From Camelus ferus (lineage: Eukaryota), in assembly GCF_009834535.1 (NCBI RefSeq), contig NC_045697.1, forward strand, positions 114,950,001-115,014,000: a stretch of 64,000 nucleotides of DNA, read 5' to 3'. Shown piece after piece: positions 1 to 12,476 of the stretch (position 1 is the first letter of the stretch; each line of letters starts with the position of its first letter). The notes below the pieces were generated by a model. It searched no databases, had not been told where the DNA came from, and was given only the letters and a program-made list of their open reading frames with translations. Both the position numbers and the translations under genes were made by a program.

Positions 1-3000
1 ATTGCACATAAAATGTGTGTGGAAAATAGAGTCTGATTAGTTCTATCTTAGCTTGCATAGAGTTGTCTGAATACTCTTGTTATAAAGATAAAGAATTTCT
101 TGCAGGAAATGACTCTAGCAATTTGTTTTATCATTTTGTGAGATTCCTTTCTTTACTTTTAGAATTAAACATTTCCCCAGCTGTGAGCTGCAAAAAAAGA
201 AAAAGAAACTAAATTGCATACAAATTTAAAAAGTGAGTATTGAATTTTTGCTTTTCCAAGTGAAAGAGTTGATGGTTGTATAGCCTGCACAAACTGTACA
301 TCTGACATCTAATTTGCGGACAGAATTGTTTTACTGACAATATGGAAACCAGAAGATGCAAACCTTCTGAAAAAAATATCAGCATGACTTTTCTAATAGA
401 GCAAATGACTATGATAGTAAATTCTAAGTTTAAAAAAATTAAGATGAATTATTTTGTTTGTAATGGTAATATGAGTACAAATTTCAGTGGATAACAGCAT
501 CATGATATAAACAATGTTCTAACCAAAATGAAAAAGATTTAGTCTTGGAATTGGTTGTGATACATACCCATTTGAAATACACCTAAACTGTTGTATTTAG
601 CAATCAAATATAAGCACTTGTGTACAAAGATTACCGGTATTTTCACAGTATAAGATATCAGAATCAAAATATTTTTGCAATAAAGCAAATGTTGAATAAA
701 TGCATTATATGCAGAATTTAATACATACTCTTTTTTGCCTGGTATTGACTGAATTAAGAAATGTTAGAATCTCTGATTCTTGAAATTATCACTTTTTAAA
801 ATACATCTAAGTATCCTACAAAGTTTTAAAATAATTTTAAAATAAATTTTACAAATAAAATAATTTTATAAACTCTGTAGTATTTGTTGCATTACAAAAA
901 AATCAATTGAAACTTATTAATCAGAGTATTCAACAAATGGAGCATCAAAAACTGCAGATTTTAACATGTTAATTAACAGGCAGCAATTATTTGAAACAAA
1001 AGTTACAAAAAGGTCAAAATCGAATTATGTATCTTTGCAAGCAAGGGAGAAAATGCAAAATATAAAATAAAAAAGATGAGATCTTCAGACTATCTTCAAA
1101 TTTTACTTTTAAATTCCATAATTTTTAAAAATATCTTCAAATGTAGAAAGAATCTATTGTTGGAACTTCTACTTTTAGCTGTATTTAAATTTTTATGCTA
1201 TAATGAAATGGGATGGAAGTTGGAAAGCTTTAGATGTTTCATCATCTCATAACAAGGACAATCCACTTATTTTATTACATGTATCTTATAAAAATGTATG
1301 TCAAAGACAAATGTTCTTCAGTGGAGGCATAAAGACAGTATTAATGAAACTATTTGGGATGAAACATTTATAGAACTTAATATAAAATTTATTAGAATTA
1401 ATATCCTTGATTTAGTTCAACTTGCTAGGTCTACTTTCCAGGTGTGTTCAATGTGCCTCTGTAGTGTCTTGTCAATGAAAAATAAAGTGGTCTAGCAATC
1501 ACTATATTAACTTTAATAAATTATTAAATAAATTAAATTATTAAATTAATTAACCTTGATAAGTTAATAGGCTTACCTTAAAAAAATTTAAAGAAGATTT
1601 CAGGTTATTTTTTATAAAAAAAATAAGTATTAAACACTATTGAAAGTATATATTCCTTAGAAAAATGCCATTGATTTAAGAATCTGATAAAATATATGAA
1701 CAGTTCCAAGAATAATTACTTGATTTGGTCTTATTTTTAAATGATCAGGTGATAAAAATTTAAAATATAAAATTTGAGGCGGTTTTCAAGGATGTGGGTA
1801 TATGCCATTTTACTTTTAGCAGACTTATGTCTTAAAAATATATTTGTAAAGCAAGTGACCAATTTAGTAAAGCCAATTATTTTCAATAAATATTTTTAAA
1901 AATTAAAAACAAGCCCCAAATCATCTTACTTATAACCAAACTCTGAATGTAACAGCTTCTCAGTAAGTAATGTTAATTACTTTCTTCATTTTTCTTTCTG
2001 AAATGCCAGTTTTATAACTGTTAAATTCTCTAAGACTCCTGAATTATAGTTGTGATTCAACTTAGGGTTTAAAAAAATCAAGATTCTATGATAAGTTATT
2101 GCTGTAAGATTATAGTTGGCTGTTTGTTTGCTTTGCCTCCTGTTTAAATAATTTGCATGATAGATGAAGAAATAGCAAGTTAGAAGTCAAAACGTGCCGT
2201 TGTTTTTTTAATCCATTAACTCACTCCCTCAAATATTAAAATGTATTATGCTAACTACTTCCTATGTATCTAGGTATACAGATTCAAAATGAAAAAAATT
2301 GGAATTTATACAATCAAACAGCAACTTAAGAAGAAGCCCTCAGACCTTACGAGGTACCAAATGAGATAGTTTATTTTTTCTCCTGTGTTGATTACTTAAA
2401 AAAAAAAATCTCAGATAATCTTTCTAAAGGGTAGTTTACTGGTACTTACACGATTCTAGCACCATTGGAAACCCTTTATCTTTAACTATAATGGTTCTTC
2501 ATTTTATTTTATGGAGATCTATTCCTGCTTCTTAAAAGTTTGGATGGTTATGTTTGTTCATTAATGCTTTTAATGTTCCTTGTTATACTGCGGCTTCAAT
2601 TTTTACTATCTGGTTCCCATCAGGTTCTCTCAGCTTGGAGTTTACCTTGAGTCATAAAAATTTGAGATTGTGACCTAAACTCTAATGATGTAGAACACTG
2701 CATGATGCTACCGGGCTCAGTGGGACTAATGGGGGTTTGTGTACTTTTAATCAAGCACTGTAATGAACATAGACTGAATTCTGTAGAGTGGCTACATGAT
2801 AAATAGGCCTATTAGGAGGGGAAACAGATGATGTTCCAAGTCACATAAATAAGACGATCAAGGGAGAAAAAGTGCAGCAGACCTCTCCTTAAATATGAGA
2901 ATCCCACTGCGTGTTTGCAATATGCTCTTAGCTGACAGCCATAAACAAGCATATAGTCTATGCAAAATAATTAACTTTTATATCTCTAAGGCAGAGTGTG

Positions 3001-4160
3001 ATAGCAGAGACCTGAAAAAAATGTATGAATAATAAAGCCTAAGGAAGAGGACTGTCTCCTCCAGGGTTAGCGATAACATTTTTTCATTAAATTGAATCAA
3101 AATAATAATAATAAAAAGAATAGATTTTAGATGTGAAATTAAGTTTTTCCCCAATCTATCCTTTTGACACCCATCATGTCAGCTTTCTTCAGAGAACTGA
3201 AGCAACTGAGGCAGAACTGCTTTCATGCAGAAGGGCTGAGGATTTAAACCCGCCGATTGTTAATAGTTACCGGGTGTTTCTGTCTTCAGCCCAGAAGAGC
3301 ATTATAGTGAAAGAGAAATACACACAAAGGACTGTGTGTGATTTTGGTAGCATCACAGCCATGCATTTTCTACCTAAAACCTTGATTTTTGTCAAAGTTA
3401 GACAGATCAATTTCATTGTGTATCTGCATATACTTCTGAAAGCCAAGATTCCTTTTATCTCTTTCAATTACATCATTGTAATCTGTTTTGCATATAGACA
3501 CATACCCACATAACTTCATGTAAATATAAATGCAATTGTATTCTTACTTTTGAACAGTTATTTTTATTGTTTAATGATGTATTTCTTTCTTATTTCCCAA
3601 CTCCCACTTTCCTTCCTCTCTTGACCCTCCTCCAAACTCATCAACCCCCCGAATCACATCATCTCACCTAATTCCTAACAACCTGATGTGTATGTTTTGG
3701 AATTTTGATTTTATGATCAGCTAACTCTGTACAGTCATATACATTTGCAAAGAGGTATATAGTTATAAGTATATAGGAGATAAATTTTTGCTATTGTTTT
3801 CAGAAATAACATTTTATGTGTACCTTGGGCCATCTTGGATTTTTTTATTTTAGTGCAACAGCATAAGATGGAAATTTCTATGTACTGGGTGTCAATGCTT
3901 TTAGCCATACTTTTTAATGTCTACCAAACTCTGCTTGCTTTGTATATACCATAAGTCTTAGTTATTTTTCTATTGGAGAGCATGTACTTTCTTTCCATGC
4001 TTGCTTGTTATAAGAGATCTTTGCTCATTAGATGCATGTTTTAATAACCTCTGCCAAATAATATTTTTTTAATTTTATTTATTATATTTATGTATGGAAA
4101 CTTTGGTACCCATTCAAACATAAATGCATTTTGTTTCAGAGCTTCTGACTTTAACATCTT

Positions 4161-4326
4161 TTTTTTTAATATTTGTATTTATTTATTATTATATTATTTA
4201 ATTACTTTATTTTGGGGTGGGAGGAGGTAATTAGGTTTATTTATTTTTAGAGGAGGTCCTGGGGATTGAACCCAGGACCTCATGTATGCTAAGCATGCGC
4301 TCTACCACTGAGCTGTACCCTCCCCC
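4161..4326 (-). mobile_element. tRNA-Ala-derived SINE (camelid vic-1 type)
   Basis: Minus strand reads GGGGGAGGGTACAGCTCAGTGGTAGAGCGCATGCTTAGCATACATGAGGTCCTGGGTTCAATCCCCAG (A and B boxes) plus an AT-rich tail; TSD tga(c/t)tttaacatctt at 4146-4160 and 4328-4342. Confidence 0.93.
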
Positions 4327-7300
4327 ATGATTTTAACATCTTGATTAGTTATATATCTTCTACTTCTGGAATGTATATGCATTTTTATTTATCTTTTAAG
4401 GTATCCATACTGATGCTTTTAACACTATTTTCATCTGAATTTTATTTTTAAAATGCTGTGAGATGACAATTTTTTTGTTAGGTGTGAGTTTTTTCTCATT
4501 CATTCCGTTTTGTGTTTAATACTCCATTTCAATTTGAAATTCACTTTTCTCTTTAGCTCTGGAAAATTTCTTTAGTTATTTCTTTTGTTTTAATCTATCT
4601 TTTAAAAAAACTTAGATGAATACTAAGATATGCCTGAACCATTAATTAAGTAATATATTTCAGATCAATTTGTCACATTTTAATTATTCTTCTTATAATG
4701 ACATCTGGTGGCTTTTTCATTTCTTGTGTATTCCTATTCTAGTATATGTTGATTTAAATACAGTGAGTCTATACTGTGTTCCACCATCAGTGCTGTACTT
4801 TTGTATCCTTTTCTTAACTACTCTAAGAAATTTATTCTTTCAGATGAAATTTAGGATTAGCTAACAGAATTCAGAAAAATAACAGTAATAACTCCTAGAG
4901 AATTCTCACTGTAGTTGAATTGAATGGATAGAAGTTTTCTGAGAACTTATATTTTTATAATATTGTCTTTCCAACCAAGGACAAAGCACTCAAGAGAGAG
5001 ATCAAATGTACATGTGCAGAGAAGCTTACAATATTTGAAACCATATCCAGTATACATTTAGTACATAATTTTCACATAAAAATAAAATAGTACATAAAAG
5101 TAAATTGCATCCACAAATAAAAATGCAAATAAAATTTTAGCCAGCAGAACCCAATAGAGATATCTGAATCCAGTATAAATTTAATACCAAAACCAGAAAA
5201 CTTCCTTTTCATGTGAGAATTTTGCCTCATTTTGATATTAAATTTACACTGGATTGAAATATTGTTAAGTTTTCTCTGTGTCTATTTGATCTTTCTTAAA
5301 TACTCTGTACAATTATTTCTCATTCTAATTTATTCTTATTGGTATTACTATTCGCTCTTAAGGCAGTCTTGAGAGAGATTATAGTGAGGTCTCTTATTTT
5401 GCATGAAAATATACTTTATCAAGATATCCTCAAATTTCTAATTATTTTTGATTTATATGTTTGTTTCCCAGCTTACGTGCACTGAGGTTTATTATCATTA
5501 TATTTTCATTATATATCTTGACATTATTTTATATATAATATAATTATGTATTATATTTGTATTATTGCTTTTGGTTTGAATTTCCATTTGCCTGACATTA
5601 TTGTTAATATCTCCATTCTTAATTTTTTGGCCCCACCTTCCCAATAAAATTAATACAAATTATTGGCTTTGGTCTATTTTTGGGTAAATAATATATTACT
5701 GAATTTAATCTTCCAAATAGGTAAGTAAGGTTAAGCTTAAATAAAAAACAACCCTGGACTCTCAGTAACTTAGAACAATAAAGGTGAGATTTTTCAGTCA
5801 TATTTTATACCTAGTTCTGTCTGGGCTTGGGTACACTGTCTTGACTTCACTCAAAGCCTTGAGGATGGTTAGGACAGCTGTATTTCACGGGGTTTTTAAT
5901 TTAAAATGTCTGTAATCTCTCTCTTTTGTTAGTACATGCTCCATTTTTACCGTATAATCTTTAGAGTAAGAATACGGTGTTGATGCAAAACCCGTACTTG
6001 AATACTTGAATAATTTAAGCATCATTGATGAAGCTTTTAGAAGTAAAACGATTTTTGTTTTCATAATTTGCCATGAAGCCCTATAAAATGGAGATGACTG
6101 TAAAAATAATTAAACATTTTATTTCTATATTGGACACATCTACATAGAAATAAGCTCAGGTTAAGGCAGATGTCAGAGCCAATGCAGATCTGCATGAATA
6201 ACAATTATTTCATTTGGGTTTAAAGTTAATAATAGCGTCTGTGAGAACTGTGAACAATAACACGTTTATCACGTGTAAGGAAAATACAGGGCTCTGAAGT
6301 ACGTCTGTTTTTCCTACTCAGTAAGGAACATGAAATAGTGTTTAATGTGATCCAAGAGAGTAATACCTTTTATAGTGAAGCTTCGGGCTTCTATCTGGGT
6401 AATAGTTATCTGGCACCTCTTTGAGTGGCTTATTTTACTAATTAGTTGAAGTCAATGATATTTCCTATGATCCCAAGTGAAATCTTCATGTTCAAAGTTT
6501 TCACACATTGACTTCCAGAGGAAGTTTTTCTTCCCTCCAGAGCACACTCTGAAATTCCAGCTGCCCGTGTTACTGGCTAATGACCACAGCCCCATGATGT
6601 TCCAGCCCCTGGCTCTCCGTAGCCAAACTGTGCTGAGTCTATGTTCCGTATGTTGAACAATGAGAAAAACATTTAAAGACTCTCTAGGTGGGAAGCCACC
6701 TCCTGCTTTTAGTCCTATTTGAGAAAAGGGTCTCCTGTTGTGAAGTATCATTAAATTTCCTCCCAGCAAACACCCTCCTGAGGCATCGCTTTCCAAGTAT
6801 CCATGTTCCATGTGTAACCAGCATTTCTTGGAAATAATGTTCCTGTAAGATATATTACATGAATATTTCTTCTACTGAAATATATACATTAAAGTGAATT
6901 TATAGGTTTTTTTTTTCTCTTCATATTGAATGATTACAACTGATATTTTGGTACTTTCATTCTGAGAATGCGGAAATAAATGAATTAATATTCAATATCT
7001 GATATTTTTATCAATAACTTTAAAAGTGATACACTTTTATTTGTCATGAGTAACTAAAGAAGAATCAACTTTGTTTTACTGTAAATGTTACTACATTTTT
7101 CTTGGGTAGAAATAGTCAGAAGCATTAGAATAGGCTTAAAAGCATGTCTTGTCCTGTCACATAGTATTATATAAAGCAGAGTTTTGTAGATTATGAAGTA
7201 TCATTTCATAGAATGTTTTTAAAAGCATTTTACTAATTTCTCATCAATAGATAAATAATTTTCCAAAAAATACATTGTAATAGCTTTCAGAATTATATCC

Positions 7301-7489
7301 TGTTTCAAAAATAATATAATCACAAGCTGGAAATTGAATTATACCTTTTTAAAAAGTAAAGATATTAAGTGTCTTAAATTTCTATAACCATGGCAAATGA
7401 AAAGCTACATGGTTAGAATTCTACCTTAGTGAAACTGTTATAAAAACATAATGTTCTCCAAAAGTTGTGTGTAATATCTGAACAGATAT

Positions 7490-8125
7490 TTCTTATGTTT
7501 GGGAACTCAGAGGCCCCCTCCCCACTCTTCTGTTTAACGCTACACATCATATGACAGCCTCACAATCTTCTATTCACAGATTCTTGCCATTTGGCCTCTG
7601 GTTGGCTCTGCCAAAGGGAGGTAATCTTGGAACACTGGAACTTAGGAGGAGGGGGAAACAGCACTCTTTCTGTTTCAGTTGCTTTGGGGCTGTATCTGTC
7701 CAGCAGCAGCAGATCCCAGTGGAGCCCAGGAGATCTGGTCAGTTCTGGCATCCCTAGCACCCGGTGTTAGTGTGGCCCCTGCTGGTCCCCAGCCCCTTGG
7801 ATGGGACGTTTCTTGTGTGGTTGCCACGCAGTCTTGGGAAGTCCATTCTTAAGAGGTACAGCCTTGGTCAAGTGATCGTACCTTAGGATTCACAGCATCC
7901 CCCATGGTGTTAGAAGGGCAGCAGCGAGATGCCCACCCCGGAACAAAGCAGGAGTAGACATTTCTTGCTATTGCTCATCTCTGGGTTATTTCATTTTCCT
8001 TTTTTTTTTTTTTTCCAGTTCAGTCTTCTCAACACTTTCTACTGGGTTCCTTGTACTAAATGCCCTCTTTTTGAAATACCTAGAACCATTTCTGTCTTGT
8101 TGATTGATGCTGCCTACCTAGCTGA
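7490..8125 (+). mobile_element. ERVL solo LTR, LTR33-like
   Basis: GC-richer block ending ttccttgtactaaatgccctctttttgaaatacctagaaccatttctgtc, which resembles the LTR33 3' end as I recall it; start approximate. Confidence 0.65.
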
Positions 8126-8544
8126 TGCAATATAGAATACAATCATATGACTCAAAGACTGTAAAAGGAGATTGTTTTTCTTAATTGTTTGAGAAAACTA
8201 AAACCTGGATCATTTGGCCAGGGGCTATGCCAGGGATTGTACTGCGTTCATTGGTAACTTATTCACATCCCATAGTCATGATGGAAACACTTGCTTGACA
8301 AGCCCCGATACAGCGAAGGAAACAATCTTACAGGAGATTGGGAAATTGATTCTGATTGTTTTCTTTAATCAAAAGTCCTCCTGTGAACAATTATGAACTG
8401 AGATGCCAATCCATGTTTAATGTGAAAAAATAAACATGTTATGCATATGAAAACTTATGTCAGTGTTGAACTTTAAATAATTATGTTTTATTTTAATAAT
8501 GAAATAGCACATTCTCATTGTTAATTTAATATAAATCGATTTGA

Positions 8545-9075
8545 AAAGGCAAAATTCTCCAAAATGGAGCCGTCTTCTCCTAGGCCCATATTTCAGCAAG
8601 GGCCACTAGGGATTTTAAGGTATGTTGGTTATATATTAAAGTTTAAAATGTCAGAATTAAGAAGGGAAGTTCCAAAACGCAAGAGTTTCAAAATAAAGAC
8701 AGGAGATCTCTTGCTGAAGGTGTGGATGTAGAGGAAAGAGGCCTATTTATTGAATTTAGTGGGGGGGGGGGAAGAAGAATCCATTGTGCAAATATGCCTT
8801 AGTCCTTTCTTCCCAGGACCTGTTTTGGGGAAGGATGCAGTGTGGTTCAGGCCCCCCTGCAGGACGTGGTACTGATTAGCCCATCCAGACCATCGCTTGT
8901 TTGCCTCACTTGAAGCTTTCATAAAGGCAGTGGCAGGTCAGTAACGTGGGGTTTCACTGAGTCTCTTTGTAAGAACTGTGTTTCTATGCGTACTGGAAGT
9001 TTTTTTGATCTAGTTTTCTTATTATCTGGCAACTGGAAAGCATGGTAACTTATAGATCACTGTCAGTCATTTCAA
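8545..9075. mobile_element. Possible ancient LTR fragment
   Basis: GC-richer island containing caaaatggagcc, a motif common near LTR starts; family not recognised. Confidence 0.3.
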
Positions 9076-10108
9076 ATTGCCACAGAGGCTACACGTTCTA
9101 CAGAAATAGATCCAAGTTTACATTATTTGTGAAATATTCTTTAGAAATATTTAATAACCACATATTCAATATTGTTCTGTTCAAGAGGATACAGGTACAA
9201 AGTAGATATGGTTATTTTTAAAAATCTTTACTTTATAGTTACACAAGTGGAGTGTTTCCATTGTTTTGTGAAATGAGATGAAGACTGTAGAAAATATTTA
9301 ATTTTTCTCTCTCTGTTTGACCCTAACTCCATGACCAATACAGAGAAGAAACAAATAAACAAAACTAAACATTACAACAATGTGTATGATTCTAAATTCA
9401 GCATTAACTCCAATTTTAATATTTTACTGTGTTCTGTTATCTCTCTATCATTTGTCAATCATCGATCTATCTACTGAGAGGAGAGAAACACTTCAAAATG
9501 AAGGCACTCAAATTTCTTGAAATTATTTATGAAAATAAAATGTTTCTGTTATACCAAAGGTTGCTTAACAAAATTAACAAATACATTTTTTTTTTACTTC
9601 TTAAGATTATGGACACATAATGCTACTGTATTAACAGCAATGGCATATTTTGTGCACATATTTAAATTTTAAAAGTTGAAAGTATACATTTGTCTGACTC
9701 TCAATGAACTGAGTATCACTGAGACCCTATTAAATAAGAATAGTTTAAAATAAAACCCAACCTGATAAAATTGGTATTTAACTTCTAAAATAATAAGTTG
9801 TTATTAGAGGCACAACATTTTTTTAAAGAATTGAGTCTTATAAATTATTTTGGCACATGACTTTTTTCCTGCTGTTATGATCCCCTTTGCAAGCACATAG
9901 AAATAATTTTAATTCATAGAATGGATATTATGATGCTTGATTGGGTCCTAAGGATCATCGCTGAGAAAATTACCTGTTCTTTTCAGGAGGAAAATATTTT
10001 GAACATACAACTTAGAGACTATTTTCCTAACTTATTAAAGCATTTTGTCGTTCACTTCTAGTCAAGAGTTGATTACACCACCAGGACAATCATGCATTCA
10101 ATGCGGGC

Positions 10109-10168
10109 CCACGTGCGTGCGTGCGCGCACACACACACACACACACACAGGCGCACACACACACGCAT
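10109..10168. repeat. (CGTG)n(CG)n(CA)n alternating purine-pyrimidine microsatellite
   Basis: cacgtgcgtgcgtgcgcgcacacacacac...gcgcacacacacacgca seen directly. Confidence 0.95.
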
Positions 10169-10417
10169 AAATATACATGTTATAATGCAATCACTTTTAC
10201 ATATGGATCAATATTCAGTACCAGAAAAACTGAATCTACTACAAGTGGTATATTTAAGGAGAATCATTTCAGAGTTTGAGATGTTTTACAAAATCATTGG
10301 GGACTTGCTAAAGAAAGCAAATTTCCAGGCATGAATTTGCAAATCACATCTCATATCTCGGATGCAAGAAAGAGTTTTCTTCATGGCACCATAAGGAAGC
10401 TTAGGGGCAGAGGGACA

Positions 10418-10488
10418 GGGTGGAGGGTATAGGTCGGTGGTGGACTGCCTGCCTAGCAAGCACCAGTACTGTCATCAAAAAGAAAAAA
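10418..10488 (+). mobile_element. vic-1-type SINE with internal deletion of the B box
   Basis: gggtggagggtataggtcggtggtggactgcctgcctagcaagcac is joined directly to cagtact...aaaaagaaaaaa; the 20 nt gaggtcctgggttcaatccc present in the 17719 copy are missing. Confidence 0.8.
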
Positions 10489-10494
10489 TGCAAG

Positions 10495-10705
10495 AGCAGA
10501 GGGATAAAACCTGAGCTGAAGGATGATATCAAACAGCCTAATGTACATGTGATTGAATGCCAGAAGGCGAAAAGAGAGTATGCGTAGAAAATCCTTTCAG
10601 GAAAAGCAAGAGATAAAAAATTTCCTAAGTGTAACGAAAATCGCCAACTTACCTAAAACAACTCATCAAAACCAAAAGCAAGATGAGTAGGCACACGATA
10701 GTCAG
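10495..10705 (+). mobile_element. Old L1 ORF1 fragment
   Basis: gatatcaaacagcctaatgtacatgtgattgaatgccagaaggcgaa...aatttcctaagt resembles L1 ORF1p DNIKRPNIRVIGVPEGEE...ENFPNL. Confidence 0.65.
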
Positions 10706-10794
10706 CAATATTAATCCAGCTCCCATGACGTACACATTCAAAGCACGCTACCTCTCGCTTGGAGCAGTCATTTCCACTGTAACTTTAATTTTAC

Positions 10795-10910
10795 ATCAGC
10801 CTCCCCCACCGACCTGTGATTACAAGAGGGCAATTTTGCTTGTTCATTCACATAATGGGTGTCTACGAAGGGCTCCGCGTACATAGATTTGTGGAGCGAA
10901 TGATTATTGA
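10795..10910 (+). mobile_element. L2 LINE 3' end
   Basis: ctcccccaccgacctgtgattacaagagggc...tttgtggagcgaatgat resembles the L2 terminus (ctccccactagactgtgagctc...tttgttgaatgaatga). Confidence 0.6.
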
Positions 10911-11169
10911 TTTGTGATCACGACAAGGTCCAGAAACAACACAGTGAGTAAAATGTTAATGAACAGTGCTTAACTTAAGTCATAAAGTAATATTTCCCGA
11001 CTCAGGTGTAAGTTATAAATTGCTTCCATTTTAGTAATCATTCCTTAATGGACGCATGCAAAGTGTTACGACTGGTACAGTGATAAGACTAAACTGTAAA
11101 TAACAAAGCGGATCTGATAAATGGAACATGCAACCTGGATGATTCAGTGCAGAGCTGAGAATCCCAGGG

Positions 11170-11410
11170 AAGACAGAATAGATGGAGGAGCAGAACTATA
11201 TAGGCACGAAATCCGTCAGTGGCTGGACTTAGGGGGTGTCCTCGATGACAAAGAGGCAGAAGTAGACATTTTGGAGTTCTTGGAATGTTCTGTATCTCGA
11301 TCGTGGTGATGGCTGTATGATTGCCTGGGTTTGTCAAGACTCATGGAACTGTACACTCTTCTACTGTATGTAAATATCTTAAGAAACCTGACTAGGAAAA
11401 ATAAAACTAA
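11170..11410 (+). mobile_element. Old L1 (L1MC/MD/ME-like) 3' end
   Basis: ggaatgttctgtatctcgatcgtggtgatggctgtatg...gtcaagactcatggaactgtacac is typical of old L1M 3' UTRs; A-rich tail follows. Confidence 0.7.
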
Positions 11411-11943
11411 TAAGGAAGTAAAAATGTCTTGTGTTCCCTCTAATTGCAACAAGGATTGAAACATCATATTTATATTTATCAAATTAAATATTTGTACATA
11501 CTTTAATACTTTTTATTTATTAGTATCATATTTTTTAATCTCAGCAAATGTTTTAAAGTTTCTTGTTATTTGTATCTTAATGTTATTATGAATGAGGATG
11601 TGGTCTTTGGTCTATGCAAGCTTCATGGTCAGTCTGTGTTAATGTTCCATTCTTTTTTTTAATAATATTGTTTATATTGTTCATCTTCATAAACCTTATC
11701 TCTTTAGAATCAAGCTCATTAATTATGTAATTAAAACTTGCATATATTTTCTTATTTGTTTGGAATGCTATGTCAATCTGTTTCTGAGGAAAATGTATCA
11801 AAGATCTAGAATGGGGAGTTTTTAAGCTGTCATTTTTAATTCTGTCAAATGCACTTTTGTGTATTTTGAAGCCACCTAATCATTTGTAAATAAGTCTGGA
11901 CTATTTATATTTTAAGTATATTAATTTTTCATAAGCAGTGATA

Positions 11944-12476
11944 TGTGTTAATCTGAAGAATTCTCCCCACCTCCCCTAAAAAAAAATCCAGGTCCTAATC
12001 ACAGGAAATTACGAATGTTGCATTATATGGAAAACAAAATAAAACATAAGAAAAGAAGATCTTTGTAGATGCAATTATGTTACAGATACCGAGATGGGGA
12101 GATTATCCTAGATTATCTGTGTGTGTCACAAATGCAATTATCTGCATCCTTACAGGAGAGAGGCAGAGATTTAGTTGAATAGAGAAAGGAAACTGTAACC
12201 TGAAGATGGAGTAGGGAGAGATTCGAAGGTGCTGGGCTTGAGGGCTGGAGTGATGCAGCCACAAGCCAAGGGATGCTGGCAGCCACCAGAAGCTGGAAAA
12301 GGAGGGGACTGATGCTCTTTTAAAGCCCCCACAGTGAGTAGGGCAATGCTGTTACCTGGATTTCTGCCCAAACTGAATACAGATGTCTGGCTTCTAGGGC
12401 TGTGAGAGAATAGATTTCTGTTTTAAGCCACTACATTTATGGCAATTTCTTAGAGAAACCACAGGAAACTAATACA
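11944..12476 (+). mobile_element. MaLR solo LTR, MLT1D/MLT1C-like, inserted in an old antisense L1
   Basis: tgtg...gagatggggagattatcctagattatc...gcagccacaagccaagggatgctggcagccaccagaagctgg...ttttaagccactac...ggaaactaataca; GATA flanks both ends. Confidence 0.9.

Noticed and set aside
3133..3513. 126-aa ORF, the longest in the track
   Set aside because: GTG start, no recognisable homology, hydrophobic low-complexity tail from AT-rich DNA; consistent with chance
4250..4326. tRNA-Ala(AGC)-like sequences here and at 17719, 23056, 23860, 24820 and 59514
   Set aside because: Each is the head of a SINE with a shared AT-rich tail, several with TSDs; they are not tRNA genes
6452..6811. 119-aa minus-strand ORF
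   Set aside because: No recognisable domain or convincing exon boundaries
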